Positions 47,985 through 58,205 of a stretch of DNA of 64,000 bases are shown in pieces; the first letter of the stretch is position 1, and every line of letters starts with the position of its first letter. The notes under the pieces were generated by a model. The model saw only the letters and a program-made list of their open reading frames with translations. It made no database searches and was not told the origin of the DNA. Origin of the DNA: an uncultured Clostridia bacterium (lineage in GTDB: Bacteria > Acidobacteriota > Aminicenantia > UBA2199); NCBI GenBank assembly GCA_964479735.1, contig CAYZNT010000009.1, positions 41,349 to 105,348 of the forward strand. The letters run 5' to 3'. The translations under genes were made by a program, and so were the position numbers.

Positions 47985-49316
47985 ATGACAACCTGGAATC
48001 ACCGCCGATGGATCGGAGCCGGCTGCATCGCGCTTCTGGCCGCATTATCGCCCGCGGCCCTGCCCGCCGCCGGCGAGGACCTGGCCGCGAGGCTGCGGCC
48101 CTACGTCAAGAAGGTGCTCTTTTTCGAGAGCGGCTGGGAGACGCCGGCCTACGGCAAGCGGGACTACCGCACCCACTTCATCGAGTCGCTCACCCGCTAC
48201 CTGAACTGGGAGATCGACCTCGAGATGCCCGCCCCGGGGAAGCGCATCGACTACGAGATCGAGGTGGTGTGGCGGCGGGCGGACGGCTCGATCGAGGCGA
48301 CCCAGAAGAAAAAGACCTTCATCGAGGCCGACTGGACCACCCCCTGGACCTCCTGGGGCTACGGCCGGCGCAGCCCCGGGGCATGGAAGCCGGGCGCCTA
48401 TACCGTCGAGTTCCGGGTCGGCGGCCAGATGCTGGCCAGCGGTTCGTTCACGGTGCTGAGCCAGGCTGAGGCCGGCGTGGCGCCGGCCACCATGCTGGCC
48501 GGCTCCGTGCCGGTATGCCCCGGGGCGCGCCTGCTGTCGCTGGAGGATCTGGCTCCCGGCTCCACCATGGGCCACGCCGAGCTGGAAGTCCCCGGGGACA
48601 AGACCTTCGCCTTCGGCTGGTACCGCGACCAGCTGCAGGCGCTGGGCTGGAAGCTGGACACCGCCCTCGCCGCCGACAAGGAGGAGGGAGCGCTGAAGGA
48701 CAAGGCCAAGGTGTGGGGGTTGCTCAACCTGACCCGCGAGGGCCGCAGCGTCACCGTGCTGGTGCCGGCCGACGGCCAGTCCAACCCGCCGCACACGAGG
48801 CTCGACATCACCCTGCTCGACCCGCTGGCCGGCGCCTCGGTGGCCGACCTCGTCGCCCGGCTGCCCCGGCTGCACGCCGCCGACCACAAGATGAACCAGC
48901 GCCTGCAGGCGGGGGAATGGGCCTTGACCGTGCTCTCGGCGAAGATCGAGGGCCGCACCATCACCAAGAAGTGGCCGACCGGCGCCTCCTACACCTTCTC
49001 CGCCGTCACGCCCAAGACCTACCTGCTGCGGGTGATCGTCGAGCTGGAGCGGCTCAACGGCAAGCCGATCAAAAAGGACTTCCTGGTGGCGGCCGGGGTG
49101 CGCGACCCGGCGGGAAACCTGTATCCCTGCGTGGGCGCGGGCACCGATCTGGGCGAATACTACAACTACACCCAGGGCGGCAACCAGTCGCTGCTGATGC
49201 CGGTCACCGCCAAGGACAAGCTCGAATACGTCTTCGCCCTGCCGCTCGAAGCGGCCGCCGCGGAGTTCATCTGGCCCGGGTTCGAACCGGTGCCGATCGA
49301 CGTGACCGGAAACTAG
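47985..49316 (+). CDS. Secreted hypothetical protein
   Basis: Signal peptide MTTWNHRRWIGAGCIALLAALSPAALPAAG, about 443 aa. I recognise no family. Confidence 0.5.
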   Translation: MTTWNHRRWIGAGCIALLAALSPAALPAAGEDLAARLRPYVKKVLFFESGWETPAYGKRDYRTHFIESLTRYLNWEIDLEMPAPGKRIDYEIEVVWRRADGSIEATQKKKTFIEADWTTPWTSWGYGRRSPGAWKPGAYTVEFRVGGQMLASGSFTVLSQAEAGVAPATMLAGSVPVCPGARLLSLEDLAPGSTMGHAELEVPGDKTFAFGWYRDQLQALGWKLDTALAADKEEGALKDKAKVWGLLNLTREGRSVTVLVPADGQSNPPHTRLDITLLDPLAGASVADLVARLPRLHAADHKMNQRLQAGEWALTVLSAKIEGRTITKKWPTGASYTFSAVTPKTYLLRVIVELERLNGKPIKKDFLVAAGVRDPAGNLYPCVGAGTDLGEYYNYTQGGNQSLLMPVTAKDKLEYVFALPLEAAAAEFIWPGFEPVPIDVTGN

Positions 49317-49348
49317 CCCCCCGGACCCACCCCAGCAGAACGGGCCTG

Positions 49349-49374
49349 CGGCGCCGCCGTCCGGGCGGCGCCGC
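49349..49374 (+). terminator. GC-rich hairpin (11-bp stem, 4-nt loop) after the upstream gene. There is no U-tract, so this may be a weak or factor-dependent terminator.
   Basis: cggcgccgccg-tccg-ggcggcgccgc, perfect 11-bp complementarity. Confidence 0.3.
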
Positions 49375-49376
49375 GG

Positions 49377-49415
49377 CTTAACCCGGAATTAACCGTCTTT
49401 TCATCCCTCGTTAAC
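49377..49415 (+). promoter_or_regulatory. Phased (C/A/G)TTAAC direct repeats at 49378, 49389 and 49411 (11 and 22 bp apart): candidate Pho-box array upstream of porin-pstSCAB-phoU
   Basis: cTTAACccggaaTTAACcgtcttttcatccctcgTTAACcc. Confidence 0.45.
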
Positions 49416-49473
49416 CCATCGCGCGCATCATGGGGCCTGCCGGCAAACGGCGAATTCCTACAAGGAGAAATGG

Positions 49474-50493
49474 ATGAAAAAGACGATTCTCTTCGTGCTG
49501 GTCGCAGCGGCCCTGATGGCGGTATTCGCCTCTCCGCTGAAGGCCGGTGTCTCGGCCTACGCGTTCGGCGACTACTACTTCGTGCTGAAGCAGCACAACC
49601 CGGCGCTGGAGGACCTCAACGGCTTCTGGCTGCGCCGCATCTACATCACCTACGACGCCGACATCTCCGACAAGCTGAAGGCGCGCGCCCGGCTCGAGAT
49701 GCACAGCGACGCCAAGTTCGGCTCCTCGCAGCTGTCCATCACCCCGTTCGTCAAGGACGCCTACATCGCCTACCAGTTCGCGCCGCTGCACAAGCTGCAG
49801 CTCGGCATCCAGGAGTCCCTCACCTGGGCCAACGTCGAGAAGTTCTACGGCTACCGCCACCTCGAGAAGACGGCCTTCGACCTCTACAAGGTGCGCTCCT
49901 CCCGCGACTTCGGCGTCTCCCTGGGCGGGTCGCTGGACAAGGCCAAGACGTTCAACTACACGGTGCTGTTCGGCAACTACTCTTCCTATCGCCAGGAGAC
50001 GGACAAGTACAAGCAGGTGGCCTTCCGCTTCACCGTCAACCCGAGCGCCCAACTGATGCTCGAGGCCTCGGCGGATTTCGCCACCGTGTCGGCGGTCAAG
50101 AAAACCTCGCTGTTCCAGGGCTTCGCCGGCTACCAGGGCGACTGGGGCCGCATCGGCCTCAACTACGGCCAGGAAAAGGTGCAGGAAGACGGCAAGGCCG
50201 ATGTCGATTTCGGCGTCTTCTCCACCTTCGCCGTGGTCAAGCTCAACAAGAAATTCGAGGCCGTGGCCCGCTACGACCTGACCACCAAGCCGCAGCCCTA
50301 CGGCCAGTCCGACTTCATCGTCATCGAGAAGGGGTACAAGACCAACCTGTTCATCCTCGGCCTGGGCTGGAACGTGCACCCCAAGTTCCAGATCATGCCC
50401 AACCTGAAAATGGTCACCTACCAGGCCAACGACCTCGGCCTCAAGCCCGACGGCGACACCTACTTCAACGTGACCTTCTACTATCAGTTCTGA
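49474..50493 (+). CDS. Outer-membrane phosphate-selective porin (OprO/OprP-like)
   Basis: Signal peptide, beta-barrel-like sequence, C-terminal ...YYQF. It lies immediately upstream of pstS. AAGGAG RBS is present. Confidence 0.7.
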   Translation: MKKTILFVLVAAALMAVFASPLKAGVSAYAFGDYYFVLKQHNPALEDLNGFWLRRIYITYDADISDKLKARARLEMHSDAKFGSSQLSITPFVKDAYIAYQFAPLHKLQLGIQESLTWANVEKFYGYRHLEKTAFDLYKVRSSRDFGVSLGGSLDKAKTFNYTVLFGNYSSYRQETDKYKQVAFRFTVNPSAQLMLEASADFATVSAVKKTSLFQGFAGYQGDWGRIGLNYGQEKVQEDGKADVDFGVFSTFAVVKLNKKFEAVARYDLTTKPQPYGQSDFIVIEKGYKTNLFILGLGWNVHPKFQIMPNLKMVTYQANDLGLKPDGDTYFNVTFYYQF

Positions 50494-50507
50494 AAAAGGA
50501 GGAATCC

Positions 50508-51329
50508 ATGAAACTCATGCGCATCCTTTCGATGGTCCTGCTGGCCGGCGGCCTCCTGACCGCCGCCGCCCCGGAGAAGATCGTGGTCGACGGCTCCACC
50601 ACCGTGGGCCCCATCGCCAAAGCCTTCGCCGAGCACTACATGAAGCTGAATCCGGGAGTCAACATCACCGTGTCGGAGTCCGGTTCCGGCAACGGGGCCA
50701 AATCGCTGATCAACAAGACCTGCCAGGTGGCCACCATGTCGCGGCTGCTGAAGCAGAACGAGTACGAGGCGGCCGTGCACTCCGAGATCCTCCCCGTGGT
50801 GCACACCGTGGCCCTGGACGGCATCGCCATGGTCGTCCATCCCGGCAACCCCGTCGCCAAGCTGAGCCTGGCCGAGGTGAAGGCCATCTACCTCGGCAAG
50901 ATCCGCAACTGGAGCCAGCTGGGCGGCCCCAACGCGGCCATCGTCATCATTTCCCGCGACACCAACTCCGGCACCTACGAAACCTTCGAGGGCAAGGTGA
51001 TGAAGGGCGAGAAGATCGCCAAGAACTGCGAGTACGTCGGTTCCAACGGCGCCATCCGCCAGCGCGTGCAGAGCACCCCGGCGGCCATCGGGTACATCGG
51101 CATCGGCTTCATTGACAACACCGTCAAGGCGCTGGCGGTCGACAACGTCGTGCCGACCGTGGACACGGTCAAGAATGGCTCCTATCCCATCGCCCGCCCC
51201 CTCTACATGGTCACCAACGACTATCCCAAGATGGGTTCCCACCTCTACCGCTTCGTCAACCTCTACCTCACCAAGAAAGGCCACGCGATGATCGAGGAGA
51301 TCGGCTTCATCCCGGTCACCTCCTACTGA
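50508..51329 (+). CDS. pstS: Phosphate ABC transporter substrate-binding protein PstS (periplasmic, copy 1)
   Basis: Signal peptide, VDGSTTVGP, SRDTNSGTY, 273 aa. Confidence 0.9.
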   Translation: MKLMRILSMVLLAGGLLTAAAPEKIVVDGSTTVGPIAKAFAEHYMKLNPGVNITVSESGSGNGAKSLINKTCQVATMSRLLKQNEYEAAVHSEILPVVHTVALDGIAMVVHPGNPVAKLSLAEVKAIYLGKIRNWSQLGGPNAAIVIISRDTNSGTYETFEGKVMKGEKIAKNCEYVGSNGAIRQRVQSTPAAIGYIGIGFIDNTVKALAVDNVVPTVDTVKNGSYPIARPLYMVTNDYPKMGSHLYRFVNLYLTKKGHAMIEEIGFIPVTSY

Positions 51330-51344
51330 GCCGAAGAGCGTCCG

Positions 51345-52487
51345 GTGAGCGACCACGCCAGCAACCTGATCCTGAGCCGGGGGGCCAGCCGCCTGCGGCG
51401 GCTGGCCTCGCTGGCCGCCCGCGGCTTCCTGCTGGCCGTGACCGCCGCCTCCATGGTGGCGGTGCTGCTGATCATCGTCTACATCGCCCGCGACGCCATC
51501 CCCTTCTTCAAGCTGCGCGGGGTGGGCGAGTTCCTCGGCCGCAACGCCTGGTATCCCTCCGGGCACCCCGCCGAATTCGGGGCGCTGGCCATCTTCGCCG
51601 GCAGCGCCATCGTCACCCTGGGGGCCATGGCGGTGGCCGTGCCGCTGGGCATCGCCGCCGCCCTCTGCCTGAGCGACGTCCTGCCCTTCTCCGTGCGCCA
51701 GGTGGTCAAGCCGGTCGTCGAAACCCTGGCCGCCCTGCCCTCGGTGGCCTACGGCTTCTTCGCCCTGGTCGTCTTCGCCCCGTTGCTGCAGAACCACGGC
51801 GGACGGGTGTTGTCCCTGATGCTGTGGCTGGCCGGGCTCCCGCTCGGCCTGCTGCTGATCTACGTGTTGTCGGGGCTGTCGGCGCGCGGAGTGCGCGAGG
51901 ACGTGGCCCCGGCGGTCAAGTGGACGATGGCCGCCGTGCTGACGGCCGCCTTGCTGCGCGGCCTGGCGGTGCTGGGCGGGCGCCTCGACAGCCTGGTCAT
52001 CGCCTCGGGCGCCAACGCCTTCAACGTGTCGGTCATCCTGGGCGTCATGGCCCTGCCGACCATCGTCTCCGTATCGGAGGACGCCCTGCAGGCGGCCGGC
52101 CGCGAGCTGCGGGAGGGATCCTATGCGCTGGGCGCCACCCGGGCCGAGACCCTCTTCCGGGTCGTCATTCCGGCCGCTTCCAGCGGCATCGTCGCCGCCG
52201 TTATCCTGGGGGTCATGCGCGCCGTGGGCGAGACCATGGTGGTGTGGATGGCCTCGGGCAACGCCGCCCAGCTGCCCCAGCCCTGGTACAACCTGTTCAG
52301 CCCGGTGCGCACCCTGACCGCCACCATCGCCGGCGACATGGGAGAGGCCGACCAGGTGACCGGGTCGGCCCGCTACCACGTGCTGTTCGCCATGGCCCTG
52401 CTGCTGCTGCTGATCTCGCTGGCGGCCAACCTGGCCTCGGAATGGATCGTGCGCCGGCAGCGCCGGCGGCTCTCGGGACGGAGCTGA
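51345..52487 (+). CDS. pstC: Phosphate ABC transporter permease PstC (copy 1)
   Basis: Multi-TM protein with the EAA-like loop (LGATRAETLFRVVIPAA), 380 aa. Probable GTG start. Confidence 0.88.
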   Translation: MSDHASNLILSRGASRLRRLASLAARGFLLAVTAASMVAVLLIIVYIARDAIPFFKLRGVGEFLGRNAWYPSGHPAEFGALAIFAGSAIVTLGAMAVAVPLGIAAALCLSDVLPFSVRQVVKPVVETLAALPSVAYGFFALVVFAPLLQNHGGRVLSLMLWLAGLPLGLLLIYVLSGLSARGVREDVAPAVKWTMAAVLTAALLRGLAVLGGRLDSLVIASGANAFNVSVILGVMALPTIVSVSEDALQAAGRELREGSYALGATRAETLFRVVIPAASSGIVAAVILGVMRAVGETMVVWMASGNAAQLPQPWYNLFSPVRTLTATIAGDMGEADQVTGSARYHVLFAMALLLLLISLAANLASEWIVRRQRRRLSGRS

Positions 52488-52488
52488 C

Positions 52489-53835
52489 ATGGACCTGAAG
52501 ACCCGCCACTCCCTGGATCGCTCGCTGACCGGGGTCTCGGTGCTGGCCATCGTCCTGATGGCCCTGTCGCTGCTGGTGCTGCTGGGGCCGATCGTCGTCC
52601 GCGGCGCCCGCGCCTTCGTGTTCCGGGCCACGGTCGAGCACCGCCGGCTGATGGCCGAGCAGTTCGACCGCGGCGACCGCGCCGATCTGGCCGCCGAGGC
52701 GGCGATCGCGCTCCGGGCGCGCCAGCCGGTCTACGACATGCTGCAGCGGTTCGATGCCCAGTTGGACGAGATGGAGGGCTCCCGCCGCACCGCCCTGCGC
52801 CGCGAGTTCCGCGATGTGAAGGACGGGCTGCGCGCCCTGCTTGGTCCGTTGCCCGGCGACGACCCCCCGGTGCTGCTGCGCCAGCAGTACGGCCAGACCC
52901 GCTGGGACCGCGCCCGGGTGAAGCTCGGCCAGCTGCTCTTCGTCGAGCGCTGGGACTATTCCGACCGCAGCCGCATGGGCCGCAAGGTGCTGGAGCCCCG
53001 CCACCGGCTGTTCGCCGGCACCGCCCTCGAGCCGCTCTTCCCCCACCTGGAGAAGCACCTGGCGGAGATGCTCCGACCGCGGCTGACTTTCTACTGGCGC
53101 TTCATCAGCGACGTCTCTCGCGACGCCCACTTCTTCGGCGGCATCGGCCCGGAGGTGCTGGGCACCTTCTACCTGGCCCTGGGAGCGATGATCTTCGCCA
53201 TCCCCTTCGGGGTCATCGCCGCCATCTACCTCAGCGAATTCGCCGGCAGCGGCCGGCTGGTCTCCCTGCTGCGCGTCTTCGTCTCCACCCTGGCCGGGGT
53301 GCCGAGCATCGTCTTCGGGCTGTTCGGGCTGGCCTTCTTCATCCACTCCCTGCGCGTTTCGCCCTCCAAGAGCGTCCTGGCCGGCTCCATCACCCTGGCC
53401 CTGCTGGTCTTGCCGACCATCATCCGCGCGGCGGAGGAGGCCATCAAGGCCGTGCCCCAGACCTATCGCGAGGCGGCACTGAGCCTGGGCGCCTCCCCGC
53501 TGCGCATGGTGCTGACGGTGCTGCTGCCGGCGGCGCTGCCGGGCATTTTGACCGGGGTGATCATCTCCCTGGGCCGGGCCGCCGGCGAGACGGCGCCGAT
53601 CATCTTCACCGCCGCGGTCTCCGTGGGCAACCCGCTGCGGCTGTGGGAAACGCTTTCGCAGCCGACCCCGGCGCTGTCCTGGAACATCTACAACCTGGCC
53701 ACCGAGCACGAGGCCCTCGACGAGATCCGCCACGTGCAGTTCGGAATGGTGCTGACCCTGGTGCTGCTGGTGCTGCTCCTCAACCTGGCGGCCATCCTGA
53801 TCCGCGCCCGGCTATCCAGAAAAATGAGAGGCTGA
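52489..53835 (+). CDS. pstA: Phosphate ABC transporter permease PstA (copy 1), with an about 165-aa extracytoplasmic insertion after TM1
   Basis: 448 aa versus about 290 for canonical PstA. The C-terminal 280 aa align with PstA ([29 protein letters not shown]). Confidence 0.85.
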   Translation: MDLKTRHSLDRSLTGVSVLAIVLMALSLLVLLGPIVVRGARAFVFRATVEHRRLMAEQFDRGDRADLAAEAAIALRARQPVYDMLQRFDAQLDEMEGSRRTALRREFRDVKDGLRALLGPLPGDDPPVLLRQQYGQTRWDRARVKLGQLLFVERWDYSDRSRMGRKVLEPRHRLFAGTALEPLFPHLEKHLAEMLRPRLTFYWRFISDVSRDAHFFGGIGPEVLGTFYLALGAMIFAIPFGVIAAIYLSEFAGSGRLVSLLRVFVSTLAGVPSIVFGLFGLAFFIHSLRVSPSKSVLAGSITLALLVLPTIIRAAEEAIKAVPQTYREAALSLGASPLRMVLTVLLPAALPGILTGVIISLGRAAGETAPIIFTAAVSVGNPLRLWETLSQPTPALSWNIYNLATEHEALDEIRHVQFGMVLTLVLLVLLLNLAAILIRARLSRKMRG

Positions 53836-53837
53836 CG

Positions 53838-54659
<822 letters not shown>

Positions 54660-54670
54660 GGAGGCACCCC

Positions 54671-55330
54671 ATGGTCCTGCACCTGCACCGGGAGATCGAG
54701 AAACTGAAGAAGCAGATCGCGCTGCTGGCCGGCATGGTCGAAAAGCGCGTGGCCGACGCCGTGCGGGCCGCCGAGACCGATGACTTTTGCCTGGCCGAAC
54801 GCGTCCGGGAGGGAGACGCCGACATCGACCGAACCGAGGTGGAGGTGGAGGAGGAGTGCCTCAAGGTGCTGGCCCTGCACCAGCCGGTGGCCATCGACCT
54901 GCGCTTCATCGTCGCCGTGCTCAAGATCAACGGCGACCTGGAGCGCATCGGCGACGAGGCGGTCAACATCGCCGGCCGCGCCCTGCGCATCCACGACTTC
55001 CCGCGGCCGGAGTGCCGGCTCGAACTGGCCCCCCTGGCCGCGCGCGTTCAGCAGATGCTGAAGGACAGCCTCGACGCCCTGGTCAACATGGACGCCTCCC
55101 GCGCCCACATCGTGCGCCAGGCCGACGACGACGTCGACGAACTGGTGCGGCGACAGTTCGAGCGGGTGAAGGCCAGCATGCAGGTGCATCCCGACCAGGT
55201 CGACCCGCTGGTCGAGTATCTGCGCATCTTCCGCTACCTCGAGCGCATCGCGGACCACGCCACCAACATCGCCGAGGACGTCCTTTACATGGTCGAGGGC
55301 GAGATCGTGCGCCACAAGGAAGAGGCCTAA
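54671..55330 (+). CDS. phoU: Phosphate signalling complex protein PhoU (copy 1)
   Basis: 219 aa with two PhoU repeats (E(x)xxD motifs). Confidence 0.9.
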   Translation: MVLHLHREIEKLKKQIALLAGMVEKRVADAVRAAETDDFCLAERVREGDADIDRTEVEVEEECLKVLALHQPVAIDLRFIVAVLKINGDLERIGDEAVNIAGRALRIHDFPRPECRLELAPLAARVQQMLKDSLDALVNMDASRAHIVRQADDDVDELVRRQFERVKASMQVHPDQVDPLVEYLRIFRYLERIADHATNIAEDVLYMVEGEIVRHKEEA

Positions 55331-55477
55331 GGGACCGCTCCGGTTCGCGAGGCCAGCCGGCCCGCCCGGTTGAATCCAGGTTGCCGGACCGGATCAGCCC
55401 CAGCCCCTCCAGTGTTCCCTCGTTATTGGGGCAGGCTCGATGACCGTGGCCTTTCCCCCTGCCCGCGCCGTCAAGTG

Positions 55478-55532
55478 GTTAACCCCGTATTAACAGTCCG
55501 CACAACGAAAATTAACCGGCGCAGCCTATGAT
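55478..55532 (+). promoter_or_regulatory. Phased TTAAC repeats (55479, 55491, 55512) occupying the -35 position, plus a TATGAT -10 (55527-55532) that ends 6 nt before the ATG at 55539: candidate PhoB-type activated, leaderless promoter
   Basis: ggTTAACcccgtaTTAACagtccgcacaacgaaaaTTAACcggcgcagccTATGATgccggcATG. Confidence 0.45.
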
Positions 55533-55538
55533 GCCGGC

Positions 55539-56729
55539 ATGAGCCTGCATGCCATCCCCATCGCCTACGTGGCTGTCCTCAGTCTTTCGCTGCTGGTGCT
55601 GGGCGCATACACCGGGCTGACCGCGGCCTTTCGCCGCGGCCGCCGGGTACGTCTGCCGCTGAACCAGCAGTCCTACCCGCGTGTCTCCATACTCAAGCCG
55701 CTGCGCGGGGTGGACGACGACCTGGAATCCAACCTGGAGTCCCTCTTCCGCCTGGACTATCCCGATTACGAAATCCTGTTCGCCGTCGACGCCCCGGACT
55801 GCGCCGAGGCGGTCACGGCGCGAACGGTGGGCGGCCGGCACCCCGGCGTCTCCTGCCGCATCGCGGTCACCGGCCACGACTCCGACCGCAATCCGAAGAT
55901 CCACAAGCTGGAGGCGCTGGAGTCACGGGCGAGCGGTGAATTCTTCTGGATCAGCGACGCCAACGTCCGGGTGGCGCCGGACACCCTGAAACGGCTGGTG
56001 GCCGAGTGCCTGAGCCACGGCGCCAAGATCGTTTTCTCGCCCATCCGCGCGACCGGCAGCCGCACCCTGGGGGCGGTCATCGAGAACGCCTACATCAATT
56101 TTTTCATGTCCGGCAACGTCCTGCTGGCATGGACCCTGCTGCGCCAGCAGATCAGCATCGGCAAGTCGATCCTGCTCGAGCGCCGGGCCCTGGAGCGGTT
56201 CGGCGGCTTTGCCTACTTCCGCGACCACCTGGCGGAGGATTTCGTCATGAGCGAGTCGTTCGAGTCCAGCCGCTTCCGCGTATCCAGCAATTTCACCTGG
56301 GTGACCACCGTCAACCGGCGCACCTCCGTGCGCGGCTTCTACCAGCGCCTGGCACGCTGGGCCGTGCTGCGCTTCCGCCTGAAGCCGGCCGTGTACCTGC
56401 TGGAGGTGCTGATCAACCCGTTGGCGCTGGCGATGCCGGCGCCGCTGCTGTGGGGCCGGACCGGCATGCATCTGCTGCTGGGCGCCTTCCTGATCCGGAC
56501 GACGGTCGAGTACGTCAACTTTCTGCTTCTCAACAGCGAGGACCGGCGCCGGATCTGGATCCACCTGGCCTTCCCCGCGGCCATGGTCCTGCAGGATCTC
56601 GTGCTGCTGGCCGTCTACCTGACCCCCTTTTTCCGGCGCACGGTGAACTGGCGGGGCGGCCGAATCACCGTCGGTCGGCACACCCTGATCGCCAACGCCC
56701 AGGACAGCCTGCTCTGCGATGGCGCCTGA
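55539..56729 (+). CDS. GT2/GT21-family glycosyltransferase (ceramide glucosyltransferase-like; Pgt-like processive glycolipid synthase candidate)
   Basis: N-terminal TM, ILKPLRGVDDDLESNLESLFRLDYPDYEILFAVD, DxD-type motifs, the C-terminal QRLARW ((Q/R)xxRW) motif, and multiple C-terminal TM helices. Confidence 0.7.
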   Translation: MSLHAIPIAYVAVLSLSLLVLGAYTGLTAAFRRGRRVRLPLNQQSYPRVSILKPLRGVDDDLESNLESLFRLDYPDYEILFAVDAPDCAEAVTARTVGGRHPGVSCRIAVTGHDSDRNPKIHKLEALESRASGEFFWISDANVRVAPDTLKRLVAECLSHGAKIVFSPIRATGSRTLGAVIENAYINFFMSGNVLLAWTLLRQQISIGKSILLERRALERFGGFAYFRDHLAEDFVMSESFESSRFRVSSNFTWVTTVNRRTSVRGFYQRLARWAVLRFRLKPAVYLLEVLINPLALAMPAPLLWGRTGMHLLLGAFLIRTTVEYVNFLLLNSEDRRRIWIHLAFPAAMVLQDLVLLAVYLTPFFRRTVNWRGGRITVGRHTLIANAQDSLLCDGA

Positions 56730-58095
56730 GAACCGCGTTCCGGCCGGCGACCGCCGCGAGCGCCCGGGCTCGGCCTGGGTGGTTTCCCTGCTGATGGGGC
56801 TCGGCCACCAGAGGGCCGCCTACCCGCTGCGCGATTCCGCCGTGGGCGGGGTGCTGGTCTACGGCTCGCGGCGCACCACCCCCCCGCAGGAGTACCGGTT
56901 GTGGCGGAGGATCCGCCGGCTCTACTACATCTCGTCGCGGGCCGGGCGCATCCCGCTGGTGGGGAAGTACCTCCTGGCGGTGCTGCTCGCGCTGGAGCAC
57001 ATCCGGCCCTATTACCCGCGGCGGGACCAGGCCCGCCCCAACCGGGCCGCGCGCACCCTCGACTGGATGATCCGCCGCCGCGGCCTTTGCGAGGGCCTGG
57101 TCCAGCGGGTCGCCCAACGACCGTTGCCGGTGGTGCACACCTTCTATGCCACCGCCATCGCCCTCGATCGCGCGAACCTCGCCGGGGTGGTGAACTACCT
57201 GCTGATCTGCGACGCCGATTTCAACCGCGTCTGGGTGCCCCTCCATCCCGAGCGAAGCCGCCTGCGCTACCTCGCCCCCTGCACCCAGGTGGGCCTTCGC
57301 CTGCGCTCCTACGGGGTTCCCGCCGAGAATGTCTTCATGACCGGTTTTCCGCTGCCGAAGGAGAACATCGGCGACGAGCGGCGGCTGGAGATCCTGCGCG
57401 CCGACCTCTTCGAGCGGCTGCTGCGCCTCGACCCGCGGCGCAAGTTCTTCGCCTACCACCGCCATTCCGTCCAGCACTGGCTGGGGGGCGCCAGCGTGCC
57501 CCCGTCTGGGCCTGACCGGTTCACCGTGATGTTCGCCGTCGGCGGCGCGGGCGCCCAGGCGGAGATGGTCGAAGGCATCCTGGCCAGCCTCCGGACCCGC
57601 ATCCTGGCCGGCCGGGTCCGCCTGCTGCTGTCGGCCGGAATCCAGCGGCGCGTGTTCGAGCGGATGATGCGGGCGCTGCACGACCAGGGCCTCCAGGAGC
57701 AGCTGGGACAAGGCGTCGACATCCTTTTCGACACCGAGGTCGACGGCTACCTCGACAAGTTCAACCGGGCCCTGCGAAAAACCGACGTTTTGTGGACCAA
57801 GCCCAGCGAGCTCTCGTTCTACTGCGGCCTGGGCATCCCGATCCTGCTGGCACCATCCATCGGCACCCACGAGGAGCTGAACAAGCGCTGGCTGCAGGAG
57901 ATCCACGCCGGGATCAAGCCGCCCGGCCCGGTGGAATGCTGCCACGAGTGGCTCTTCGACCTGCGCGACAACGGGCGCCTGGCGGAGGCGGCCTGGGACG
58001 GATTCCTCAAGGCGCGCAAGCTCGGCACCTACCGCATCGCCGCCCTGCTCCGCGGCGAGCCCCTGCCGGACAGCATGTCGCCGCTGGAGCAGTGA
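56719..58095 (+). CDS. MGDG-synthase/UgtP-like glycosyltransferase (GT28-like) candidate
   Basis: N-terminal LLMGLGHQRAAYPL (the GxGH motif of the MGDG_synth domain) and a C-terminal GT-B-like region. Overlaps the upstream GT by 11 nt. Confidence 0.5.
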   Translation: MAPENRVPAGDRRERPGSAWVVSLLMGLGHQRAAYPLRDSAVGGVLVYGSRRTTPPQEYRLWRRIRRLYYISSRAGRIPLVGKYLLAVLLALEHIRPYYPRRDQARPNRAARTLDWMIRRRGLCEGLVQRVAQRPLPVVHTFYATAIALDRANLAGVVNYLLICDADFNRVWVPLHPERSRLRYLAPCTQVGLRLRSYGVPAENVFMTGFPLPKENIGDERRLEILRADLFERLLRLDPRRKFFAYHRHSVQHWLGGASVPPSGPDRFTVMFAVGGAGAQAEMVEGILASLRTRILAGRVRLLLSAGIQRRVFERMMRALHDQGLQEQLGQGVDILFDTEVDGYLDKFNRALRKTDVLWTKPSELSFYCGLGIPILLAPSIGTHEELNKRWLQEIHAGIKPPGPVECCHEWLFDLRDNGRLAEAAWDGFLKARKLGTYRIAALLRGEPLPDSMSPLEQ

Positions 58096-58205
58096 CGGTG
58101 CGCGATCCCTCCATCCCGGCCGACGGAATGGAAGGTTCCCCGTTGACGGCGAGACCAGCGGTGCGCGGGGGGCACTGCCGGGGCCGGGGTTCGCGCAACC
58201 GGCGG

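Noticed and set aside
58096-58205. Possible bidirectional terminator hairpin between the convergent GT gene and phoU2 (tccatcccggccgacggaatgga)
   Set aside because: The stem is imperfect (about 7 bp with mismatches) and there is no U-tract. It is too weak to call.
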